From the NCBI RefSeq assembly GCF_009914755.1, contig NC_060930.1: a stretch of DNA of 64,000 bases; one strand, 5' to 3'. Shown here in pieces: positions 53,024 to 64,000 of the stretch; positions within the stretch are counted from its first letter, which is position 1, and every line of letters starts with the position of its first letter. The position numbers were made by a program, and so were the translations under genes. The DNA comes from the human T2T-CHM13v2.0 reference genome, Homo sapiens. The notes under the pieces were generated by a model. The model saw nothing but the letters and a program-made list of their open reading frames with translations. It made no database searches and had not been told where the DNA came from.

Positions 53024-54261
53024 TTGTGTGCTATTGATAGTCTATCTATAGAACTGATTCATCCCTCCTCATGCTTCACTCTTTCCCAGGGTAACTCCTC
53101 CAGGCTCTCTCTTTGCTCCTCTATCTTCTCATGGTATTTCACCTCTGCTTTGTACGGCCTTCTCATTCCTTGTATTAAAACACTTTTTTCCTTTACTCAA
53201 AGCCTTCATTTTGATTCTATCTCATGTCTCCTAAAGTAACCTTACAAAGGAAATGTTGTTCTTTCTTAAATCTTCATGCTTAATACCACATATTTGTACA
53301 TACATGATTTTGAGACATTTTTCTCAGGTGTTTTAATAAAAAGAACATTGTTTTTCTACCAGACTCTTAATTTCTTTGGATAAAATATCATATATTTTCT
53401 TGCATTTGCAGCTTCAATTGTTTTCAGCACAGATCCAAGGACGCTGGTGATTCTACAACAAGTGCTTTTTAAATTTAAATGAAGAATGCACAATTATGGT
53501 TATTCAGTAAGAGCCTTTTTGTATGATTACTTAGAGAAAAAGAGAACAAACACATTTTCATATGTTTATTTAGAGAAAGAGAGAACAAAATAATCAGTTT
53601 AGCTGGAGGATTTTTCTTCCCTTTGAATAGATAAAATAATTAATACTGCACTGTTGATTAGCTTGATAAAAAATGTTATTCTCTTAATAATTGTATGAGC
53701 AATAATCATGCCTATCTCCACCGATCTAATTCATAAATGCAGATAAAAATTTCTAAGGACTTGTTATGCCAAATCATAAACAAACACCATTATTATTTTA
53801 ATTATAATAATAAATTTTTCCAGTATTCTATTAAAATACTATTAATGGTTCACTCCAAATAATTCTATTTCTAGTCAATGCTATAAGATAGTAACAAAAT
53901 AACTCACTCCTCACAAAAATCATTTTCTTGTTTAATATAATTTACATTATAATTAATAGTTTATGGTACAAACATATTTGTGGTGAAAGAAATTATAGCT
54001 ATAGAGATAGAATGCAGGCAAAATTACAAAGGCTTGTTTTATTTTATTTGTTTAGTTCAATATAGCCCTACTGATCTGACATCCCCTTAGAGTTTGGGTA
54101 GAGTTTAATGAAAAATCTGAAAAATGAAATAAATTCTTCCTTTGACTGTGTTGCTCTGAGGTATGAATGTAAAGCAATGAGACTGAATGCATAAAACTCA
54201 TATGTAGGTAAATTGTGTATATGGGTTATATAAAACCACGTTACAAACATGTACAATTTTA

Positions 54262-55300
54262 AAAATAAATTTTATATTTTAGAATAGATTTAAACCTACA
54301 GAAAAATTACAAAGATACTACAAAGAGTTTTCATATACCCCACATTGTATATGTATATAATCCCTGTTATTAACATTTTATATTGGTATGACACATTTAT
54401 TACAATAAATCATATTTTATTGACACATTATTAACAAAGGTCTATATTAAATTTAGATTTTTTTTAGTTTTTTTCTAATGTTTTTCTGCTTCAGGACCCA
54501 TCCAAGATGTCATAGTGCATTTAGCTCTCATGTCTCCTCAGGCTCCCCTTGTCTATGACAGTGTTTTAGACTTTTCTTGTTTTTGATGACCCTCACTGTT
54601 TTGAGGAGTACTGATCAGATATTTTGTAGAATATCCTCAAATGGGATTTTTCTGATGTTTATCTCATGAATTGACTGGGTTATGTGCCTTTGGGAGTGTT
54701 CCACAAAGATAAATTGTCATTCTTATCACATCATATCAAGAGTACATATTATCAACATGATTTACAACTCATCATTGTTGATGCTGATGTTGATCACTTG
54801 CTTTAGATAGTTTGTGTCATATTTCTCCACTGTAAAGTTACTCTCTTTTCACTTTTTCTATATGTGCTTTTTGGAAGGGTGTTCCCATGTGAAGTCCATA
54901 CTTAATGGAGTAAGAACTCGACCTCCTTGAAGGCAAAGCATTTACATAACGTATTCAGAATTCTCTTGCAAAAGAAATTACTGTGCAGGAGAATTGCGAA
55001 TACTTTTTGGGTATTCAGTTATTTAAGTATGATAGTATGGACTCATGGATATTTATTTTATACTTAGGTTTATAATCCAATACTATTTTATTTATTTTAT
55101 TACTTGAATTAATCCAGGGTTGGCCTTTGGGAGCTCTTTAGATTGGCTTCTGTATCCCTTTGACATAATCCCATTTTTAGCTTTTTTTTTTTAACTTTCT
55201 GGGACAAGATGGAGTATATACTCATCTTGCATATTTCTCACCCCAGTCCTATACTCAGCCATTTATCTAAGGAGTCCTAGCTCCTTTTATTAAAGAACCA
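54262..55300 (-). mobile_element. Old L1M (L1MC-like) 3'UTR
   Basis: cagaaaaattacaaagata...catataccccac; tccactgtaaagttact motifs. Confidence 0.75.
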
Positions 55301-56464
55301 TAAAGTATCAAAAACAGCTAGAAAATTGTCTTATTCTCTCTGCTCAGAAATAATAACAACACAATAAATAAGAATAGGTAATACCCTCTTCAAAGATATT
55401 TTGCTAAGCATGTTAATCTTTGCTAAAAATGTAACAAGTAATTGTATTAATTATCCTCATTGTACAAATGAAGAAATTAGAACAGAAAGAGTTAACCTAA
55501 TGACCAATGTCAATTGGCAGAAAGGCGGCAGAAAGGCAGCAGAAAAGACATTTGAACCCATGTTATTTTTATTTCAAATGTGCCCAACCAACTTTTCCAA
55601 ACTCCTGGTTTCATGTCTAGTACCTCTACCACTGAGCACCAACTTGCCTCATTCACTTTATATCCCAGTTACTCCCCACATCTGTTCATCCCTGCCAGAG
55701 TTCTCTGCTCATCTTCCTCTATATGGGTTGAGAATATAAGATCTACTAGAAATGACTTTTTTTTAATCTCTACTTTTCTAAACTCTGTTGTCTTTTACAT
55801 TCTACATCCTCTGTGAAGCCATCTCTAATCATATAAACTCTCTTCTGAAATTTTATAAACTTATAATTTATTCTAATCATTTGCTAGGTGGCATATGATC
55901 TTTCTCCAATCAAAAAGTTCCTGAGCAGAATTCTTAGTTATTGAACTTCTCTCCATTTTCAGCAAATGGGTTAGTGCTTTGTAGTCAATCTGTGCAGAAA
56001 ACATTTAATAAGCACATACAGATTATTATGGTGACAGTAATGATAGTGATTTTCATGACACATAAGTAAATTTCAAATGACCAGAGCCTACATGTGTGCC
56101 TGAGGTAGGCTCAGGAATCAGTAATAGATGAGAAAATATTCTATCAGCCGATATTCTACAGGGATACAGAAAGTAGAAAAATGAGAACATCTTTATACTT
56201 AGTGCTAATTTAAATGTTCCTTAGGCACCATTAAGAGTTGTAGACTCCATAAATAATATTAATAGGCAGAGGGCAAGTATAATAATTTGAAAAGGATTCA
56301 AAGAAAAGCCAAAAGATTAGGTCAAAAGCTGGAAAAACAATCTTTAAGAGATTATAAACTCTTCACCTTAGAAAAAAATGAAGAAAAATGTAGAAAAAAA
56401 TAAGGCAATTCATTGTAAGCAAATTAAATAAAGCACAATTAAAAGAGGAAAAGGTTAATTATTA

Positions 56465-58497
56465 GTTTTTATTTATTTATTTATTTATTTTATACTCCTG
56501 ATTTTTTCTTTTCTTTTTTTCTTTCTTTTTTTAACTTTAAGTTCTGGTATACGTGTCCTGAAAGTGCAGGTTTATTACACAGGTATACATGTGACATGGT
56601 GGTTTGCTACACCTATCAACCTGTCATCTAGGTTTTAAGCCCTGCATGCATTAGGTATTTGTCCTAATGCTCTCCCTCCCATTTTTCCCAACCCCACAAA
56701 AGACCCTGGTGTGTGATGTTCCCCTCCCTGTGTCCATGTGTTCTCATTATTCAACTCCCACTTATGAGGGAGAACATGAGTTGTTTGGCTTTCTGTTCCT
56801 GTGTTAGTTTGCTGAGGATGAGGGTTTCCAGCTTCATCCATGTCCCTGCAAAGGACATAAACTCATTCCTTTTTATGGCTGCATAATATTCCATGATGTA
56901 CATGTGCCACATTTTCTTTATCCAGTCTATCGTTGATGGGCATTTGGGTTAGTTCCAAGTCTTTGGACTTAGTAGAATGATTTATAATCCTTTGGGTGTA
57001 TACGCAGTAATGGGATTGCTGGGTCAAATGGTATTTCTGGTTCTAGATCCTTGAGGAATCATCACACTGTCTTCCACACTGGTTTAACTAATTTACACTT
57101 CCACCAACAGTGTGAAAGTGTTCCCATTTCTCCACATCCTCTGCAGCATCTGTTGTTTCTTGACTTTTTAATGATTTCCATTCTAACTGGCATGAGATGG
57201 TATCTCATTGTGGTTTTGATTTGCATTTCTCTAATGACCAGGGATGATGAGCTTTTTTTCATATGTTTGCTGACCACATAAATGTCTTCTTTTAAAAAGT
57301 GTCTGTTCATATCCTCACCCACTTTTTGATGGGGTTGTTTGTTTTTTTTCTTGTAAATATGTTTAAGTTCTTTGTAGATTCTGGATATTAGACTTTTGTC
57401 AGATGGATAGGTTACAAAAATTTTCTCCCATTCTGTAGGTTGCCTGTTTACTCCGATAGTTTCTTTTGCTGTGCAAAAGAAGCCCTTTAGATTAATTAGA
57501 TCCTATTTGTCCATTTTGGCTTTTGTTGCCATTGCTTTTGGTGTCTTAATCATGAAGTCTTTGCCTATGCCTATGTTGTCCTGAATAATATTGCCTAGGT
57601 TTTCTTCTAGGGTTTTTATGGTTGTAGGTTTTACGTTTAAATATTTAATCCATCTTGAGTTCATTTTTGTGTAAGATGTAAGGAAGGGGTCTAGTTTCTG
57701 TTTTCTGCATATGGCTAGCCAGTTTACCCAGCACCATTTATTACATAGGGATTCTTTCCCCATTGCTTGTCAGGTTTGTCAAAGATCAGATGGTTGTAGA
57801 TGTGTGGTGATATTTCTGAGGCCTCTGTTCTTTTCCATTGGTCTATATATCTGTTTTGGTAGCAGTACCATGCTGTTTAGGTTACTGTAGCCTTGTAGTA
57901 TAGTTTGAAGTCAGGTAGCATGATGCCTCCAGCTTTGTTCCTTTTGCTTAGGATTGTCTTGGCTATACAAGCTTTTTTGTTTTGTTTTGTTTCATATGAA
58001 ATTTAAAGTAGTTTTTTCTAGTTCTGTGAAGAAAGTCAATGGTAGCTTGATGGGAACAGCATTGAATCTAGAAACTACTTTGGGCACTATGGCTATTTTC
58101 ATGATATTGATTCTTCCTATCCATGAGCATGGAATGTTTTTCCATTTGTTTGTATCCTCTCTTATTTTCTTGAGCAGTGGTTTGTAATTCTCTTGAAGAG
58201 GTCCTTCATGTCCCTTGTAAGTTGTATTCCTAGGTATTTTATTCTCTTTGTAGTAATTGTGAATAAGAATTCACTCATGATTTGGCTCTCTGCTTGTCTA
58301 TTATTGGTGTATAGCAATGCTTGTGATTTCTGCACATTGATTTTGTATCCTGAGACTTTGCTGAAGTTGCTTATCAGCTTAAGGAGATTTTGGGCTGATA
58401 TGATGGGGTTTTCTAAATATACAATCATGTCATCTGCAAGTAGAGACAATTTGACTTCCTCTCTTCCCATTTGAATATGCTTTATTTCTTTCTCTTG
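56465..58497 (-). mobile_element. 5'-truncated L1PA (ORF2 3' part plus 3'UTR)
   Basis: [19 protein letters not shown]...; T-rich tail; TSD agg(t/c)taattatt. Confidence 0.95.
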
Positions 58498-58692
58498 AGG
58501 CTAATTATTTTTAATGAGCCAGAACTTTGCCACATTCCCTCTAATGACCTCAATTATGGCAGAGCTTTTTTATGAAATGGCTTTTCAAAGACTAAAATGG
58601 GAGACTTGAAATTAAAAAATGAGTGAAAAGTGTATTTAAAAGCCTTTTTTCAGCTAAAAAATGGGCAGTGTCCGATTTAAAATAGGACATAC

Positions 58693-58886
58693 TGCACATG
58701 TCTGTGTTTCTGATTCTGCAACATTTTTTGTGCTTCCATGTTAGCCTCATTATTCCTTATGAAGGATATAAAACTTATAATTCCAGTCTCAAACACAGAT
58801 GAGTCCTTATTACCTGCTTCTGAGAAGTTCTGACTAGATTCTGATTCATATTGACATGCTTGGCATCTCACACTCATATGGTCACC
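58693..58886 (-). pseudogene. Best-preserved candidate exon, 194 nt, fully open
   Basis: ccttttttctttttcag | GGTGAC...GTGCA | gtatgt; 64 stop-free codons GDHMSVRCQACQYESES...QNQKHRHV; frame closes shortly after the donor. Confidence 0.6.
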
Positions 58887-58899
58887 CTGAAAAAGAAAA

Positions 58900-59390
58900 A
58901 AGGACCCCTCCCATTCCAAATTGGGTTCAGATGTTGAGACTGAGGATACAACACACATACTAAGATGCCATGACGATGTTTATTACTTGCGTAATTAAAG
59001 TCTATGGAGAGAGCAGGACAAACTTCTCAAGCATGTCCAAAATGGCTTGAGAAATAAACACATTGTGGCAAATACATTATTTCACCTTGCCTGCCTGTAT
59101 CAAAATATATTATGTACCCCATAAATATATACACCTACTATGTACCCACAAATTTTTTAAAAAAATAAAATAAAAAAAGGCTTGAGAGAGCAAGAAGAGA
59201 ATTCCCCGTGGTTAGGGGCTGGGGCTGGGTTGAGAGTCCCTGCCTGCAGGCAGGGCTTGTATGGCTTAAATGCCTCTAAAGGAGTGGGTCTTATCAGCCA
59301 GCACAGATGTGAGGCACAAGGGAGAAGTAAGCTAAAACCTGTCAGCAAATATCAGAAAATGGAGTTAGATTCACCACTACAGAGACCCTG
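58900..59390 (-). mobile_element. Old LTR element (family uncertain) interrupted by a short + strand L1 3' fragment (about 59054-59178)
   Basis: TSD ggcttgaga flanks the L1 tail (tgtaccccataaatatatacacctactatgtacccaca...polyA). Confidence 0.6.
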
Positions 59391-60350
59391 TCTCTATGTG
59401 AAAATAAACTTTAATGATATTATCAAAAATATAGAAGTCATTATACTAATCTTTGATCCCATCTATATAACACCTCAATTTTCATACCTTACTCCAAAGA
59501 ACAGTTTTGCTGTCCCCTTGCTTGTGCTTTTACTACTAAATCATTAAAATATAACCCATGCACAGAAAAATTTGCCCAAGAAATTTTATTATTGGCATGC
59601 TATAGTCAGTTTATTCATTCACTTAACTATTTATTGGTCCTTTTCTGTTTCTTTAATTAAGCTAGGCATATTGTAGAGTGAGAGATGAGCAGAAGTTAAA
59701 GTTACAGAGGTAGACATGACTGCATAGAATACTAACAGGCTGAGATTTTATGTGTTAAATTTTTCAAGTTAAAGATAATTTTTAGGACAAGAATGCCATA
59801 ATCATATTTAGAAACAGGAAGTTTAGTATGATAACGACAGGAAGAAGCATTAGCAAAAGCTAAGAAGAAAGAGCAGACTTAGAATAAGAAGAATCTATAA
59901 GATAATAATGAACAAAAACTTTATTTTGGAAATAAAAATAATAGAATCATGAAGAGGAGAAAGCATTTGACTCTGGGCTAAATTACTTGGCTATTGTTAT
60001 ACATAATTTGTTATATATACTAAGTATGTGTGTGTGTGATATGTATATTTATGCATACATGGATATCTATAAATATATACTTATTTCCAAAGCTCTCTTG
60101 ACTCAGTTTTGAGGCCCTGGTAGAGGCCTATTAGTTCTTCCTGTGCAGTTCATTAAGTCCACACTCTGATCACTCCTCTCATTAGGCTTTCTCACTTTGA
60201 CCACTATTCACCATCCCTAATCTTCCCAGGGCCAAGTACCAGAAAACTGGGGACAGCCTCTATGACTAGAGCCTGCAATATTATTCAAATAAGCAAGCTC
60301 ACAAGCAGCCTCAAAAACCTAGCTAACTCTGTGTTGATTGATCTGCATAG

Positions 60351-60748
<398 letters not shown>

Positions 60749-62205
60749 AGCAACTTTCTTTCAGTTGGAGCTGTAAGCACCAAAGAGTTCTGCCTTTCAT
60801 CTGTCTGAGTGTCAGTTTGCTGTGTTCTGCCAACAAAAGAATCTTTAACTCTTATAAAACAGCCATTTACCCAAGTAGGGAACTAAAGAGGGAAAAAAAG
60901 AAATAAGAAAAAGAGTATTTATTTAGTTTTTGGTCGTGTCATCTGTGAGGTATTTGTGGGCCATCCAGATGGAGATTCATGCAGTTGGATATTCAGTTCT
61001 AGATATTAAGGAATACCTGGAACTACAGAAAGAGAATTTAGAATTATTGGCCCATGGCAGTTAAAAACATGAAAATAGACATAATTTTTAGAAAATGAGT
61101 TATAAATGAAAAGAAGACAGGACTGAACATTAAATCCTGGGTGGGAAAAGCAAGAATTGGTTACATACTACATATGTCAATTAGATAATGCCATGTGCAC
61201 AGCAATTCATACAGCTCTTAAAGGAAAACAAACAAGCACAGGACAAGGTCACTTAGCACCCAGATGAGCTTGTGCCTTTGTGTCAAGATGAAAAATTTGG
61301 AAAACAGGAGTCAACCCTCACCTCCAGAAAGATAACCAATATGTAAGTGTGACTTAAATGTGTTACATATGATTAAAAATGGAATTGGCCTTAGACAAGC
61401 TTTTAGAAATATGTATTGAGAAACATGTAGATTAAGCATTTACTAGAGTATTCTGAAATAGAATAGACAACTAATTGCAATTCCCCCAAGCTGCATTTAA
61501 ACAACCCAGTTGTTGGAGATGAGATGCCAAATGACTGGGTTTTGATAGCACTGATGTGATGGAGAGATGGGGTTGAATGGTTCCAGGGAGCTGTCTGTGT
61601 GTGATTAAAATGAGGTATATTAGAGCTTATGCTGAATAAGCAAGAGATAGAAATCAACAAATAGGCTTCTATCTGTAGGCTAGAATAGGCTTTCCTTCCT
61701 CTATAGGAAGGAAAATGTGATATAAGATAGAATTAAGAAGGGCAATATGCCCACTCCAAATCTTGATGATTGGTGTTTAGGAGGTTTCATATCCTTTACT
61801 AGAGTGACTCTGAAAAAATCATTTCTTCAGTGGGAAGCAAAGTTTTAGTTCAAGTAAAGAAAAATATAAGGTAGAAGAAGGTTTTTATAAGATTGAGAGT
61901 ATAAAACAGTTGTTCCTGGATAAATGGGAAACTATGAATGTCTAGAGGGAGTTTGGTACTGAGGAATGAGAAAGAATAGACAATTGTAGAGCTTACATTT
62001 TGTGAGAGTGATCGAGGAGAATAGGGATAAAAGATTTTGAAGAAACTAATAAGTCTCAAAATTCTAAGTACAATTTTGGTGTAAAGTTTTCCAGCTCTGA
62101 AACTACTCTAGGTCTCCAGGTAGTGGAGAGTCACTGCATGTAATCTGTAGCCACATAGGGTTTGGGAAAGTAGGAATTAAAGCAGCACTCTAACTGCTTG
62201 GGGGC

Positions 62206-62564
62206 TATATTAGTTCATTTTCATACTGCTATAAAGAACTGCATGAGACTGGGTAATTTATAAAGGAAAGAGGTTTAATTGACTCACAGTTACACATGAC
62301 TGGAGAGGCCTCAGGAAACTTACAATCATGGTGGAAGGCACCTCTTCACAGGGCGGCAAGAGAGAGAATGAGTGTCAGCAGGGAAAATGCTAAATGCTTA
62401 TAAAACCATCAGATCTTATGAGAACTCACTATAATGAGAACAGCATGAGGGAAACTGCCCCCATGATTCACTTACCTCCCATCAGGTCCCTCCAAGACAC
62501 ATGGATACTGTGGGGATTACAATTCAAGATGAGATTTGGGCAGGAACACAGCCAAATCTTATCA
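62206..62564 (-). mobile_element. THE1/MST MaLR solo LTR
   Basis: Typical MaLR LTR sequence; 5-bp TSD ggggc. Confidence 0.92.
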
Positions 62565-62631
62565 GGGGCATTGGTTATTGTCTATAGTTGACTCAAGTGT
62601 GTGTCTTTCTAGGGTCCCTGAAATGCAATAC

Positions 62632-62787
62632 ATGACTGGTAAACTTTTTTTTTCCTTATCAGTATTTTCTGCTTTGGACTGGAATATAGCATCCCAAAGC
62701 TCCACTTGAATTAAGTCACTAATGATGAGAATGCAAGGGATTAATGATGCTGTACTTGCTGCCACTGGAAGAATTAAGGGAATGATC
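62632..62787 (-). pseudogene. Candidate exon, 156 nt, fully open
   Basis: aataatttcttcag acceptor, weak CAT | gtattg donor; reads IIPLILPVAAST...VELWDAIFQSKAENTDKEKKSLPV; needs an intervening exon to phase with 58886. Confidence 0.3.
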
Positions 62788-63559
62788 CTGAAGAAATTAT
62801 TTAAAGCAGAGCTACATCTCAGACATCCAGTATGTATTAAAAAATTGAAGTTGGGTGACAATAAATATGCCAATAAACAAATGTCTACCCATGCTAAACT
62901 TTGACCCTAGTTAAAAAATGATAGTTTTTAAAGAAATGTATAAGGCCAGTAAAAATTCCTTAGAAGATGAATTAATGAATAAAAAGAAGTTAAATGACTT
63001 TATCATAAAGTAATTAATAACCAATATGCATTATTTGTAAAATGTGGGTTATTTAATAAATCAAACTGAAGTAACTATCAAACTTTAGAAATTTTTCATC
63101 ACATGCTTAACAAATTATTAAATTTAAGGCATTAGAGTGAATAGGCAAACTTAAAACTCATTAAGCTCCATAATTCTATAATCCAATAAATTAATTCTGC
63201 AAATCCGCACAATATAAAAATAGTACCTATGTGATAAAATAACACAAAAATAAGGATACAACTAGATTTATAGCATAATAATTATTCATTATATTATAAG
63301 ACTCTCTCAATGTAGAGAAATTCCTAAGAAAGCTGTACAACTATTCCTGAGAATCAGGTAAGGATCAAAATTGTAAATTGGTTTAAACTTCGTATTTTAA
63401 TAGGAAATAACTGGACGACAGGACTCAAATACCTGACTTCTAATACTGTTATCTTTCCTAATACAATTATATGTATACTTCAAAATAAATCAGTTGGCCT
63501 ACCAGTAGCTTTAATATTTTCCTGAGCTATAAATATTTTTAACTTCCTCTTTCAATCAT

Positions 63560-63950
63560 TATTTTCATTTAACCACCTTTTATGGAGCAAAAGTGGTCTT
63601 CCTAGCACAAATGCTAGCCTTGGGATCGTAAAGATGACTAATAGATTCTGCCCTCACTGAGCTGGAAGTCTGGAAAAGATAATAACAGATTTATAAATGT
63701 AGTTCTATGTTAAAAAATCAACAAATTAAGCATATATAACAGATAACTGAGGGTAGTGGACAACTCTACTTGGTAAAATGAGAAAAATCTTAATAGAGAA
63801 GGGGCTACTTGAATGAAATGTGATCAAAGTGAGCAAAACTGATCAGCTGCAGTGATAGTGTGTAAGTTGGTTGTGGGTTTGTTTGGGAAGCTTGAAGGTA
63901 GAGAAAATCTGTTGGATGGCCATTGTAGTTGTCTATGAAAGCATTTTTAA
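63560..63950 (-). mobile_element. L2 3' fragment
   Basis: ctgccctcactgagctggaagtctgg motif; boundaries approximate. Confidence 0.5.
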
Positions 63951-64000
63951 AGATTTTGTTATCTTCACGTTTACAATACTTCAGTGGTTTCCCAAAACCA

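Noticed and set aside
59488-59535. Possible bridging exon between 62632 and 58886
   Set aside because: Two alternative acceptors and donors allow almost any phase, so it is uninformative.

Overview
Primate (catarrhine, probably human) AT-rich genomic DNA; no intact protein-coding gene, RNA gene or CRISPR array is supported. Much of the window is interspersed repeats: Alus, L1 fragments, one near full-length L1PB-type element carrying nested MER52 and Alu insertions, L2, MIR, Tigger3, MER5, MLT1, THE1/MST and two LTR12s. Two non-routine things stand out. (1) In the repeat-free gaps I found about 25 minus-strand segments bounded by splice-like sites, including 6-, 11- and 13-nt microexons. They can be joined from 58886 down to 496 in one reading frame (about 685 codons, about 20 internal stops), which suggests a decayed multi-exon (unitary-type) pseudogene that I cannot name. 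The exons were hand-picked, so this needs comparative confirmation. (2) A back-to-back inverted pair of LTR12 solo LTRs (30570-31724 and 31921-33124) shares variants and a 3' flank, pointing to a local inverted duplication rather than two insertions, and forms a potential bidirectional promoter inside the putative dead gene. Repeat family names come from my recollection of consensus sequences, not from a search.
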